A DNA stretch of 64,000 bases from Octopus sinensis (lineage: Eukaryota), in the NCBI RefSeq assembly GCF_006345805.1, contig NC_043020.1, forward strand, positions 9,176,001 through 9,240,000. The letters run 5' to 3'. Numbering within the stretch: the first letter of the stretch is position 1; each line of letters begins with the position of its first letter. This document shows positions 50,994 through 63,969 of this stretch, piece after piece. Made by a program: the position numbers and the translations under genes. The notes under the pieces are model-generated. The model had not been told where the DNA came from. It was given only the letters and a program-made list of their open reading frames with translations, and made no database searches.

Positions 50994-51374
50994 CTAGCAG
51001 TATCGCCCGGCGTTGCTCAGGTTTGTAAGGGAAATAACTATAAAGCATTTTTAGAGAGTTATAGCCAAAAAATAGCAAAAAAATGGAAAAAAAATGATGG
51101 TAAATTTTTTTTTGAGAGTAATAAAAGGTTGAGTTGCGTCCCCTAGACAGTCTGTGGTTTGTTTTTTTTTATTCTCGACCCCATATCGAATTTATCGATT
51201 TTTTTCAGAACTGGGGGAACTTTTCAAAATTTTCGCTGCGTTAGTTTTGAATTATGACATTGGGCTATGTGTGTGTTAAGTTTCATCAGAATCGGTTGAA
51301 AGCCATGGTCAGAGTGAGGGTACGAGAAAACAGACACACAGAAACACGCACAGACAAACTGCCGTTTATATAGA
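50994..51374 (-). mobile_element. Non-autonomous Helitron, copy 3 (different interior)
   Basis: Same 3' hairpin-CTAG end as copy 1; interior 51100-51360 differs. Confidence 0.72.
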
Positions 51375-51659
51375 GAGAGATATGTATATATACATATCAG
51401 TGTGTATTATATATACATACATACATAAATATATATATATACATATATGTATGTGTGTGTACACATACAGATAAGCATAGTTGTGCATGCACACACACAC
51501 ACACATGCCTACACACACAAACACACACCGAGGAGATCAAAGGCATTTCAGTTTAATAACAAAGTCCAATATTGACCAAAGAAGGAGTCCACCTACCACA
51601 GGCAGGTACCAAAGAGAGGAATCTAGCAGCTCCTTAATTGATAAACCCCCACAATCCCC

Positions 51660-51900
51660 TCCCCCCCACTCCACTCCACCACTGCCACTGTCACCACTAC
51701 CACCGCCACCACCACCACTGCCACCACCACCACCGCCACTGCCACTGCCACCACCGCTACCACCGCTACCACCACCACCACTGCCACCACCACCACACCA
51801 CCACTACCACCACTGCCACCACCACCACCACCACTGCCACCGCCACCACCAGCACCACCACGACTGCCACCACCACCACCACTGCCACCGCCACCCTCCT
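51660..51900. repeat. (CCA)n trinucleotide field
   Basis: Direct inspection. Confidence 0.9.
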
Positions 51901-54900
51901 ATCATGTGGGTTGAGGGGAGGGGAAGGGGTACCAGCATTCTAACATTTTATCACGTCATGGTTTACAGCCCCCATTTCACCTCCACATCTGGCTGTTACA
52001 GTAGAGGTACCTAAGATCAGAGGTGCTCCAGCTGTGACCATCCATAGGTATAGAGGCATGGCTGTGTGGTAAGATGTTTGCTTGCCAACCACATGAATTT
52101 GAGTTCAGTTCCCCTGTGAGGTTCTTTGGCCAAACTTTTTCAGCAACAGCACTTTCTGAGTGGATTTGGTAGACAGAAACTGAAAGAAGCCTGTTGTTCA
52201 TATATATATATACATGTGTGTGTGTGTGTGTGTGTGTGACTTTGTCCTTCATCACTGCTTGACAACTGGTGTTGGTATGTTTACATCCCTATAACTTAGC
52301 GGTTTTGCAAAAGAATTAATACCAGGCTTGCAAAAAAAAAAAAAACCAGAAAAGAAGCATCAGGATCCTCTCATTTGACTAAAACTGCATGGCTTGTGCC
52401 TCAGCATGGCCAGAGTCTAATGCCTGAAACAAGTAAAATATAAAAGATATTCTTTTACTTGTTTCAGTCATTTGAGTGTGACCATGCTGGAGCACTGTCT
52501 TTAATCGAACAAATCAGGACTTATTCTTTGTAAGCCTAGTACTTATTCTGTTGGCCTCTTTTGCCGAACTGTTAAGTTATGGAGGATGTAAACACACCAG
52601 CATCGGTTGTCAAGTGATGGTGGTGGGGACAAACAAAAACACATACATACATGTTTATATACGATGGGTTTCTTTCAGTTTCCGTCTACGAAATCTCCTC
52701 ACAAGGTTTTGGTCGGCCCGAGGCTATAGTGGAAGACACTTGCCCAAGGTGCCACTCAGTGGGACTGAACCCAGAACCATGTGGTTGGGAAGCAAGCTTC
52801 TTATTTCTTTATTGCCCACAAGGGGCTAAACACAGAGGAGACAAACAAGGACAGACAAACGGATTAAGTCGATTACATTGACCCAGTGCGTAACTGGTAC
52901 TTATTTAATCGACCCCGAAAGGATGAAAGGCAAAGTCGACTTCGGCGGAATTTGAACTCAGGACGTAACGGCAGACGAAATACAGCTACGCATTTCGCCC
53001 GGCGTGCTAACGTTTCCAGCCAGTTCGCCGCCTTAAGCTTCTTACCACACAACCACTCCTGTAAACTTCTAAACATCTAATTATTAAAGCAGAAAAACAA
53101 TCAAAAAAGCCATTTCTATTCATTTTTTTCGAATATTTATATTTCATAAGTTTCCAAAAGGTGACTCTGACAGGAATCTCTCACTTAAAAGCAGTTTTCA
53201 AACTGATATTTCAGAGTTTGTTATTCTCTGTTTAAATAGAGTAAGTTTAATTCCAAACACACACACACACACACATACACACCCATACACACACATTCTA
53301 TCAAGGTAATATTTCGCCAAGGCTAGACATGTTTCTTACAAAAGACTGGAAATGAATGGCGCCATTTATATAATGATAATGCTCATTTAGGACCATTCCA
53401 TGATGTCAAGATTAAGGTAGACACACACACACACATGCACATATGCGTGAACACACACTCACACACACACACACACACACACACATATAATACATACATA
53501 TATATGACAGGCTTCTTTCAGTTTCCGTCTACCAAATGCACTCACAAGGCATTGGTCGGCCGGGGCTATAGCAGAAGGCACTTGCCCAAAGTGTCACGCA
53601 GTGGGACTGAACCCAGAACCATGTGGTTGGTAAGCAAGCTACTTACCACACAGCCACTCCTGTGCCTATATTTTGTTTGTGTGCTAAACTTTAATTAATT
53701 TAATTAGTTATTACTTCTGTTAAATGTAAATCATTATGTTTACATATTTCTTCCAGTCTGGTTCCCAGGCAGACATTAGACAGGAAACCCACCCCCCAAA
53801 ACTCAAAACAACCCATTACATGCTGTCAATGTTATTTGAATATGATTCCTTGGCCTTTAAAACGGGGGGGCGGGGGGGGAGGGAGACTTAACAAATGTGA
53901 CAAGTGTGATATTGCTGGAACCTGTTTATCTTCCCAAATTCCGAATGTGATATTTGTGAAATGATAATATTGCAATCTATGGGAGAGCAGTTGCTGGTGT
54001 TGGACTTGTCTGACAAAGGCTATTATTGTTCCTACTCCTACTCAGGACTCTTTACTCTTTTACTTGTTTCAGTCATTTGTCTGCGGCCATGCTGGAGCAC
54101 TGCCTTTAGTCAAACAAATCGACCCCGGGACTTATTCTTTGTAAGCCCAGTACTTATTCTATCGGTCTCAAAGTGACGGGGACGTAAACACACCAGCATC
54201 GGTTGTCAAGCAATGCTAGGGGGACAAACACACACACACACACATATATATACATACATATATATGACAGGCTTCTTTCAGTTTCCGTCTACCAAATGCA
54301 CTCACAAGGCATTGGTCGGCCCGGGGCTATAGCAGAAGACACTTGCCCAAGATGCCACACAGTGGGACTGAATCCAGAACCATGTGGTTGGTTAGCAAGC
54401 TACTTACCACACAGCCACTCCTGGTGCCAACTGATTCAGCATCCCAGGACAACCCCAACAAAGTGTGCCACCCCCAGCCCCCACCCGCCACCACCATCCG
54501 CATTCTTCGGTAATTTTATCTTCTATCTTTTACTTGTTTCAATCACTGGATTGCGACCATGCTGGAGCACCGCTTTGAAGGGTTTTAGTAAAAACAAAAC
54601 AGACACCAGGATTTATTTTCTTAAGAAAACTTTGATACGTATTCTTTTATTTTTTCTACTCTAGGCACAAGGTCCAGCATTTCTGGGGAGGGGGTGCAGT
54701 CGATTAGATCAACGCCAGTATGCAACTGGTACTTAATTTATTGACCCCAAAAGGATGAAAGGCAAAGTCAACCTTGGCGGAATTTGAACTCAGAACATAA
54801 GGAGAGACACAGGAGTGGCTGTGTGGTAAGTAGCTTGCTAACCAACCACATGGTTCTGGGTTCAGTCCCACTGCGTGGCACCTTGGGCAAGTGTCTTCTG

Positions 54901-55743
54901 CTATAGCCCCGGGCTGACCAATGCCTTGTTAGTGGATTTAGTAGACGGAAACTGAAAGAAGCCTGTCGTATATATGTATATATATATATATGTGGTGGGG
55001 GGTGTCTGTGTTTGTCCCCCTAGCATTGCTTGACAACCGATTCTGCTGTGTTACGTCCCCGTCACTTAGCGGTTCGGCAAAAGAGACCGATAGAATAAGT
55101 ACTGGGCTTACAAAAAATAAGTCCCGGGGTCGATTTGCTCGACTAAAGGCGATGCTCCAGCATGGCCACAGTCAAATGACTGAAACAAGTAAAAGAGAGA
55201 CGAAATACCACTAAGTATTTCGCCCAGCATTCTAATATTTCTGCCAGCTTGCCACCATTGAAAATGCATATTCTATTGGTCTCTTTTGCCCAGCTGTTAA
55301 GATAAGGGGATGTAAACAAACCAACACTGGCAGTCAAGTGGTGGTGGGTACAAACACAAACATTAACACAAGCACACATACACACACACTTGCACATATA
55401 CACACACATATATATATATGATGAGCTTCTTTCTGTTTCTATTTACCAATTCCACTCACAAGGCTTTGGTTGGCCCAAGACTATAGTAGAAGACACTTGC
55501 TTAAGGTGCCTTGCAGTGGGATTGAACCTGGTACCATATGGTTGGGAAGCAAACTTCTAAATCACACAACCATACCTGGGCCTATAAAACCACCCCTGAC
55601 CACTAATCACCCACTTCTACACTAGTTGAAAAATACCATTGGAAATTTATAATTGACTTGTGCACAAGAAGACTATGGCTTTACAACCATGGCCATCACT
55701 GAGTAAATCTGTCATATGGCTTCAACTGAAATGTCTCACACCC

Positions 55744-55860
55744 AGTCATGTGATAGGTCGTGACATCACATGACCCATCTTACAAATCACGTGACAGGTC
55801 ATGACATCACATGACCCATCTCACAAAATCACATGACGAGTCATTACACCACATGATGAA
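55744..55860. repeat. ~41-bp tandem repeat x3 carrying six E-boxes
   Basis: CANNTG at 55747, 55767, 55788, 55808, 55830, 55850. Confidence 0.8.
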
Positions 55861-56014
55861 GCATTATAAGCACAGGAATTGAGCCATGGATTGGAAAAGT
55901 AATAATCTGAGAAAGATATTTTTCCGCAATCCGGTGGTCAAGCAAGGCACAGCTTCTGGAATCTGTCAATAAATTGGGCCATTTTGCACGAGCCAACTTC
56001 TTACCATGCCTGCA

Positions 56015-56057
<43 letters not shown>

Positions 56058-56080
56058 TATATATAATATATATATATATA

Positions 56081-56585
56081 CTAGCAGTATCGCCCGGCGT
56101 TGCTCGGGTTTGTAAGGGAAATAACTATATAAGCATTTTTAGAGAGTTACTTCCCTTATAAATTCGGGCTTTCTTAGCCATTTTTGTTTTGGTGTCTTCA
56201 AGCCATGAAGTCGTTGTTCTAAAAGAACGCTGGTTTCCTTCACAACGCATTACGACGTTGATTTCTTTACACTCCCTTCCCCACAGCTTCATGAGGGAGG
56301 GAAGGGGGAGAAGCAAACAGGTGCAGCTGTGAGCGTGGACGCCAACTCCGCCGCCATCGACACACGATGCATTTTATGCATTAAAATGGAATAAAAAATG
56401 ATGTTAAATTATTTTTAAAAATCGTAGACTCATCGTTGACGCGCGCTAATAGTCAGACGGGCTCGATATGAATCACGACTATAAGATACCCGAATTTGGT
56501 TAAACTGCACCGCAAAATGTGGGAGGAGTTAGGAATCTAAATCGAAGGGGACAGACACTCACACAACTAGAGTTTTATATATATA
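56081..56585 (-). mobile_element. Non-autonomous Helitron, copy 4
   Basis: Colinear with copy 1 over ~500 bp, same termini. Confidence 0.8.
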
Positions 56586-56588
56586 CAT

Positions 56589-56634
<46 letters not shown>

Positions 56635-57147
56635 GTGTGGCTGGGTGGTAAGTAGCTTGCTTGCCAACCACATGACCACATGGTTCCGGGTTCATTCCCA
56701 CTGCGTGACACCTTGGGCAAGTGTCTTCTACTATAGCCTTGGGCCGACCAAATCTTTGGTAGATGGAAACTGAAAGAAGCCCGTCGTTTATTTATATACA
56801 TGTGTGTGTATATATGTGTGTGTGTATGTTTGTGTGTCTGTCCCCCCACCATCGCTTGACAACCAATGCTGGTGCGTTTACATCCCTGTAACTTAGCGGT
56901 TTGACAAAGAGACCGATAGAATAAGTACTAGGCTTACAAAGAATAAGTTCTGGGGTTGATTTGTTCGACTAAGGGCGGTGCTCCAGCATGGCCACAGTCA
57001 AACGACTGAAACAAAATAAAAGAATATATATAAAAATATAAATATATATTATCTCAGTGCAGGTGTACCTATATAAATATATATATATCTCGGTGCAGGT
57101 GTACCTATATAAATATATATATCTTGGTGCAGGTGTACCTATATATA

Positions 57148-57240
57148 GACAGGGTGTCCCAAAAGTTTCACCCGATTCTTATTTTGAAAGCTGTTGTAGG
57201 TTTTTCCATTAATTTTATTGTATAACACAATGATGAATGA
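57148..57240 (+). mobile_element. Isolated Tc1/mariner terminal fragment
   Basis: CAGGGTGTCCCAAAAGT terminus-like sequence next to a TA run. Confidence 0.4.
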
Positions 57241-58528
57241 TCCATCATCACCATCATCATGATCATGATGATGATCATCACAGGCATCATCCTCATCATC
57301 ATCGTGATCACCATTATCATTGTTGCCATCATCACCATCACTATCATCATCATCATCATCTTCATCATTCTTTAATACCTGCTTTCCATGCATGCATGGC
57401 TTGACACGATCTGATGAGTGAGAGGACCGTGTCTACCTTCTGCATCACCTTTGGCATGGATTCTACAGCTGGATGCCCTTCCTAATACCAACCACTCTAC
57501 AGAGCAAACTGAGTGCTCTTTTCATGGCACCAGCGCTAGTGAGGTCACCAAGTACCTTGCAAGGCAGGAAAAGGACAAAGCATTAACCTCCCCACCACCC
57601 ATATTTAAGTGTGTGCGTGTCTGGAGGGTACAAGAGTTCTAAAGACAGGGAAGTAACTTTGTGCCAATTGCTAAGATGCAAAATTATGGCAGAGGGACAA
57701 GCACAGGGACCTTGCTATAATGGGGATACACAGGTACCTTGCATTATGTACAGTTGGGTGGCAGTAGCAAAGACGGTAGTGATGGGATGCCAGAGCAAAC
57801 CCTCAAGGTTGGAGACCCATTTTAAAATCTTTTCCAGCTTTGACTATCCGGCTTTGTAATCAAATAAGATCTTACAGTGAAATTTGAATTACAATGAGAT
57901 TTAACTGCTACTTTTAGCCAAGATGAGCAACCCAGTTGAGACCATATCATTTACAAGGGGGGAGAAGTCAATCATATTGAACTGTAAGCTGAGATAAAGT
58001 CCCGTGGATTAAGTGTCATATTTGAAAGACTTAATACAATCTCAGGTTTCTCGCTAAACTTCTCCTAAATGCCCTTTTGTATCACTAGAAAATAAATGTA
58101 ACTGCTGCTGCTGTTGTTGTTGTTGTTGTCATTTACCATAAATTTACTCTGGTTCAGTACACTCATAAACAAAAGCATTCCAATGAAGACCACCCTACCT
58201 TGTTTTGCTGACAGATTATGTGTCTCAGATTAGTTTTTTCAAGATCAAAGCAGTGGTCCTTTATTGCTATTCCGCCCCCCCCCCTCACCAAGTGACTACA
58301 TCAAGCCTCAGCCCCAGTTCACTGTTTCTTTACCAATCTGTGTCAGAACACCATTGGTTTGTGATCTTGTATCTTTTATCGTTCAATTGTTGCAGTAATT
58401 TTACCATGACCATGACCATGCTGGGGTGTTACTTTGAAGGAATTTAGTAGAACAAATGGACTCCAGGACTTTTTTTTAAAGCCTAGAACTTATTCTATCA
58501 GTCTCTTTTGCTGAACTTCTAAATTACA

Positions 58529-59781
58529 TTGGGTGGCGACTAAGTTTCCTTCGTTTTTTAAAATTTTGGCATTTATTGCATTTTTAAATTTTGGAATCTA
58601 TTTTTTCCGAGAATTCTATTTTTGAATCATTTTGGAATCTATTTTGCTTTTTTCTAGTTAACTTTAGTTAATTTTTGTTTATTTTCAGATCATTAAAATG
58701 GAATGTCAAGTTAAGAAAAAAGTGCATTTTCGACACCTCCTCCTTTTTGCTTTTAATCAAGGTTCTAAGGCTGCAAAAGCTGCTCGTGACATTTATGCTG
58801 TGTATGAAGAGGGTGCCATAGCTGAAAGAACTGCTCGTGATTGGTATTCCAAGTTCCAAAATGGAAATTTTGACCTCAAAGACGCACCTCATTCTGGCCG
58901 TCCAGTTGAGTTCAATGAAGAGCGATTAAACCAACTTTTGCATGAAAATTCTCATGAAGCAACAAGGCAACTGACAGAAAATGGAATGCTCCCACACTGC
59001 TATTGAGAAGCATCTTCACTCAATGGGAAAGGGTCAGAGGTATGGAGCATGGATTCTGCATGCTACAAGTGACAACAGCAAAAATCAACAAGCCACAATT
59101 TCCGCTGGTTTGCTTGCTCGTCACCGTTCAACTCATGGACACAAGCAACGATTTCTTTACCGAATCATCACTGGTGACGAAAAACGGTGTCTGTACATCA
59201 ATATGAAGCAGCGTAAGGAATGGCTTAGCCCCAGTAAACAAGTGACACCGCGCGTGAAACAAGATCTTCATCCGCGTAAAACGATGCTGTGTGTACGGTG
59301 GGACTGGGAAGAGATTGTCCATTATGAATTGCTTGAACAGAACTAAACGGTCAACACGGCCATTCAAGATAAAAGACCTAATCGGCAGCATGGAGTTCTA
59401 CTGCACAACAACGCCCGCCCTCATATCACCAATATGACCAAGGAAGCCATTCAAAAGCATGGCTTGGAAGTGCTGCTACACCCACCATGCTCTCCTGATT
59501 TGGCATCAACGGATTTCCACCTCTTCTGATCTCTTTCAAATGCTATGCGCAGAGTTTCATTCAATACTGATGCAGAATTGAGAGTTTGGTTGGATCAATT
59601 TTTCAAGTCGAAATCGGGTGATTTCTACCAACGAGGTATTGAAAATCTTGTTGAACATTGGGAAGCAGTTGTAAACAAGGGTGAATACATTATTAATTAA
59701 TTAGTTGTTATTTTTTATTAAACCTTTTAAAAAATTTTAGTTAAATTAAAAAAGATGGCGGGAACTTAGTTGCCAACCCAA
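58529..59781 (+). mobile_element. Mariner (DD34D, mellifera-like TIR), near full length, defective
   Basis: Imperfect TIRs ttgggtggcgactaagt / acttagttgccaacccaa with TA at the right flank. Transposase MECQVKKKVHFRHLLLF...IITGDEK...HPPCSPDL...GEYIIN from 58698, with a frameshift near 58980, stops and an internal deletion. Confidence 0.92.
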
Positions 59782-59952
59782 TATATATATATATATATAT
59801 TTAAGTAGTTGAATGAATTATCCTAGTATGGATAATTCGGTTAACCAATACCTGGGTAGCAAATTCACGTCAGAAAACACGGTTGAAGCTACATGCCAAG
59901 GGCAGAGATCACGTGCTTTCGTGTGGAAATTTGTGTGTTTTTTTTACTATAA

Positions 59953-60171
59953 ATAAATGAAAGAATGGAGTCGAACGACGATTTAACAAAATTCCTTTAT
60001 TCTAAAAGTTTTTGTTCGTCATGATACTGACATAAGTTCCTTGTCTTTCCTGATGAGAAGGTGGCATAATGCACCCCTTATTCCTTCGGAATTTGGAATA
60101 TGCAGTCTTTGAAACATATGTCGAGAATAAAGGAATTTTGTTAAATCGTCGTTCGACTCCATTCTTTCATT

Positions 60172-60174
<3 letters not shown>
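59953..60174. mobile_element. MITE with ~50-bp perfect TIRs, copy 1
   Basis: ataaatgaaagaatggagtcgaacgacgatttaacaaaattcctttattct and its exact reverse complement, in TA-rich flanks. Confidence 0.75.
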
Positions 60175-60202
<28 letters not shown>

Positions 60203-60353
60203 TAAGTAGTTGAATGAATTATCCTAGTATGGATAATTCGGTTAACCAATACCTGGGTAGCAAATTCACGTCAGAAAACACGGTTGAAGCTACATGCCAA
60301 GGGCAGAGATCACGTGCTTTCGTGTGGAAATTTGTGTGTTTTTTTTACTATAA

Positions 60354-60574
60354 ATAAATGAAAGAATGGAGTCGAACGACGATTAACAAAATTCCTTTAT
60401 TCTAAAAGTTTTTGTTCGTCATGATACTGACATAAGTTCCTTGTCTTTCCTGATGAGAAGGTGGCATAATGCACCCCTTATTCCTTCGGAATTTGGAATA
60501 TGCAGTCTTTGAAACATATGTCGAGAATAAAGGAATTTTGTTAAATCGTCGTTCGACTCCATTCTTTCATTTAT
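60354..60574. mobile_element. Same MITE, copy 2 (part of a ~401-bp tandem duplication 59801-60597)
   Basis: Near-identical repeat of the MITE and its left flank. Confidence 0.75.
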
Positions 60575-60599
60575 ATATATACATATATATATATATAAT

Positions 60600-62070
60600 C
60601 TGACCCACAAAAGAAACACTACACTCATGCTAAACAGAAACTGGTTTATAAACAGATTGCCATAGCATTGATTGAAGGGTGCTAATTAAGAAATTCTTCT
60701 TTCCTAATTATAAAGCGTCATTTCCAGAAATATGTTTGACGTCACATGGTGTCATGTGATGACAGAGTGTCCTGGATCCAAAGAGATGAACTCAATATCT
60801 TATCTGACCACCGTTAGTGTTGATCACTGTCAGGCATCTTCCGTATATTGAATGCACCAAGCAATTGACGAAGGCCATGGGGATAGCAGCCCACACTCTG
60901 TTAAAACTTGCAGCGAGTTGTGCCGCAGTTGTTGGCCTTGGACGGATGTCATTTAGTCTTCTTTGGATTTTGTCCTGCAGGTGCTCTATGGGGTTCAAGT
61001 CTGGACCTAGGGAAGGCCATGGCAGTGTCTGGATGTTGTGTTGTTGGAGGAAGTCTTTTGTCAACCTGGCAGTATGGGCAGATTGGAGTTTGGTGCAGCC
61101 ATCTGGTTTGCCAAAGCTCAGTCAAATCGTCCAACCCATGCCAGCATGGAAAGTGGATGTTAAACGATGATGATGATGTACACATGTATATATATATATA
61201 TACATAGTTTAAATTTACAGACAACACGTGATTCCAATGATGGGCAAAATATGACACAATGTGAGGCCTCAGCACTTGGTTGATGTAGTGAGCAGCAGTT
61301 ACCCCATTGCCCCAACCTTGGCCGATGTTTTGGAAGTTCACAAGTCCAAGTTTCTGGTTAAGTGTAATGCCACCCCATACCATGATGCTCTGTCCTCCCC
61401 ATGCATCTCTTTCTACCACACAGCCATCGGTATGACATCTACCCCTCCTTCTCCAAACCCTAGCTCTGCCATCTGCCACGGAAATGCAATATCAACTTTT
61501 GTCACAGAAGACTACAGTCCTCCATTGCAGACGATCTGTGAGGATGAGGCCCCTAGCCAGATGTTGACAAGACAGACTGAAAGATCTCATCCAGTGGCAA
61601 ACTGTCTCTGCACAAATGGGTCTGTGCTGAGTCCCTATGGTCTGCCTAGCTGATTCCACTGCCCTCCAGAATCAGCCCTGCAAGTGCTGTCAGAGCAGGT
61701 GGTGACCTTGACGTGCTGTTGTAACCCTCGGTTGTCCACTGCATGGACAATCATCCATGCTGCTTGTGGCATTGTATCACTCCCTCAGCTGCTCAACTGT
61801 CTGAATACTGCAGTTCAAGGCATTAGCAATGACCCATGGATGTTGACCAGCATGAAGACGTCCAATGGCTTGCTTCCTCTGATTTCATGTCAGTCTTGGC
61901 ATGCTTGCTGCGTTCAGGAAACGGACGAGAGGCTGGTAAATTTGGGTATCCCTTATAACCAATGAGCCCACGTTTTGCATGTGCATCATCATTCTTTTCA
62001 TAAAGACGTGTTTGCAAGCATCACCATGTTCATGGAAAGGGAGCAAGTCTGAACCTTACATGATATCCTT
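60600..62070 (-). mobile_element. Tc1-like transposon (DD34E type), defective, interrupted
   Basis: N-terminal MPRLT*NQRKQAIGRLHAG from 61902, GGQSIMVWGGI, WPSLGPDLNPIEH and GGQIRY* ending 60792; insertion at ~61070-61226. Confidence 0.85.
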
Positions 62071-62128
62071 GTATTTTCAAAAGATAGTGGTGTTGTGGGT
62101 CAGTGACATCTTCCTGATGTCAAATTGC

Positions 62129-62179
<51 letters not shown>

Positions 62180-62660
62180 ACAGGCTCATGTGCCGGTGGC
62201 ATGTGAAAAAACATTTGAGTGAGGTCGTTGCCAGTGCCGCTGGACTGGCTTCTGCGCAGGTGGCACATAAAAAGCACCATTTGAGCATGACCGTTGCCAG
62301 TACCACCTGACTGGTCCTCGTGCCAGTGGCATGTAAAAGCACCCACTACACTCTCGGAGTGGTTGGCATTAGGAAGGGCATCCAGCTGTAGAAACTCTGC
62401 CAGATCAGATCGGAGTTTGGTGCAGCCATCTGGTTTGCCAAAGCTCAGTCAAATCGTCCAACCCATGCCAGCATGGAAAGTGGACGTTAAACGATGATGA
62501 TGATATACACATCATCATCATCATCATCATCATTTAGCATCCGTTTTGAAACACATGTATATATATATATATATATACGTAGTTTAAATTTACAGACAAC
62601 AAAAGAGAAAAACAAATGTGGAGACAACAAGCAGGTGTATTAGTTTAACACTCAGGAAGA

Positions 62661-62692
<32 letters not shown>

Positions 62693-62863
62693 TTGTGTGT
62701 GATTTGTTTTACAATTGTTATCCTATGCCAGCATGGGTAAGATGAATACATACTGATTTCAAATTTTGGCACAAGGCCTGGGAACAATAGTAGTAAAGAG
62801 GTGATTCCACATTCTTCAAGAGTCTGAAATTCTCAAATCAGAACTTCACTACCAGATGCAGTG

Positions 62864-63245
62864 TGGAGGCGCAATGGTCCAGTGGTTAGGGCAGCGGACT
62901 TGCGGTCGTAGGATCGCGGTTTCGATTCCCAGACCGGGCGTTGTGAGTGTTTATTGAGCGAAAACACCTAAAGCTCCACAAGGCTCCAGCAGGGGATGGT
63001 GGTGATCCCTGATGTACTCTTTCACCACAACTTTCTCTCACTCTTACTTCCTGTTTCTGTTGTACCTGTATTTCAAAGGGCCGGCCTTGTCACTCTCTGT
63101 GTCACGCTGAATATCCCCGAGAACTACGTTAAGGGTACACGTGTCTGTGGAGTGCTCAGCCACTTACACGTTAATTTCACGAGCAGGCTGTTCCGTTGAT
63201 TCGGATCAACCGGAACCCTTGTCGTCGTAATCGACGGAGTGCTTC
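62864..63245 (+). mobile_element. SINE family C (tRNA-derived head ggaggcgcaatggyccagtggttagggcagcggac)
   Basis: A box tggtccagtgg and B box ggtttcgattcc followed by a shared body. Other copies at 15911-16197, 27770-28150(-), 49552-49925 and a degenerate one at 12660-13110. Confidence 0.85.
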
Positions 63246-63679
63246 CCACCACCAGAGGCAGTTTAAAGTTCTACTCAGGAGAAACATATTCGTTTCCATG
63301 GTGACCAACATGACCCAAAAAAAAAATCCTTTTCTCAAGATATATCAGAGTGTGATTTGAATAAAGGATGTCTAGCTGCTGTTTTAGGCATATCTAATGG
63401 CCACATAGGGGTTTGTTTATTGGCATGTGGAGACGACGGGGTTCTTTTTTTACCTTGAAAGGAATCATGTTTAGATTAGGTGTGTTGAAGAAAGTATGCA
63501 GGTGTGAGTGTCACACTTAGGTGTTATGGATACTTGATGATCGAATGAAATGCTTGAATGAACATATTCTGTGTCACATTGGTACCACACCCTTGATCAC
63601 AACAACCATCCATTAGCTGCCTATACCTTTGGCTGGTGGTGGTGGTGGAGGTGTTTGGGTCATTTGTGTTCCATTCCAG

Positions 63680-63724
63680 TGACCACAAGTGAAGAGGTTA
63701 AAATCACTCCACTTCAGTCACTGA
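63680..63724 (+). other. Candidate 45-nt exon
   Basis: tgtgttccattccag| ... CTGA|gtaagt; one open frame (TTSEEVKITPLQSL), symmetric phase 1-1, product not recognised. Confidence 0.4.
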
Positions 63725-63769
63725 GTAAGTACATCACGCATTTCTTCTTCATACACAATGAAGTTTCAC

Positions 63770-63864
63770 CAGACACACACACACATACACACACACAAAC
63801 ACACACACACAAACATACACACACACACACAAACATACACACACAGACACACACACATATACAA

Positions 63865-63897
<33 letters not shown>

Positions 63898-63969
63898 CAT
63901 ACACAAACACACATACACACACTTTCAAACACACACGCACAAACACACATACACACACACACAGACACA

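Noticed and set aside
51481-52014. Pro/His-rich 177-aa ORF
   Set aside because: (CCA)n microsatellite translation.
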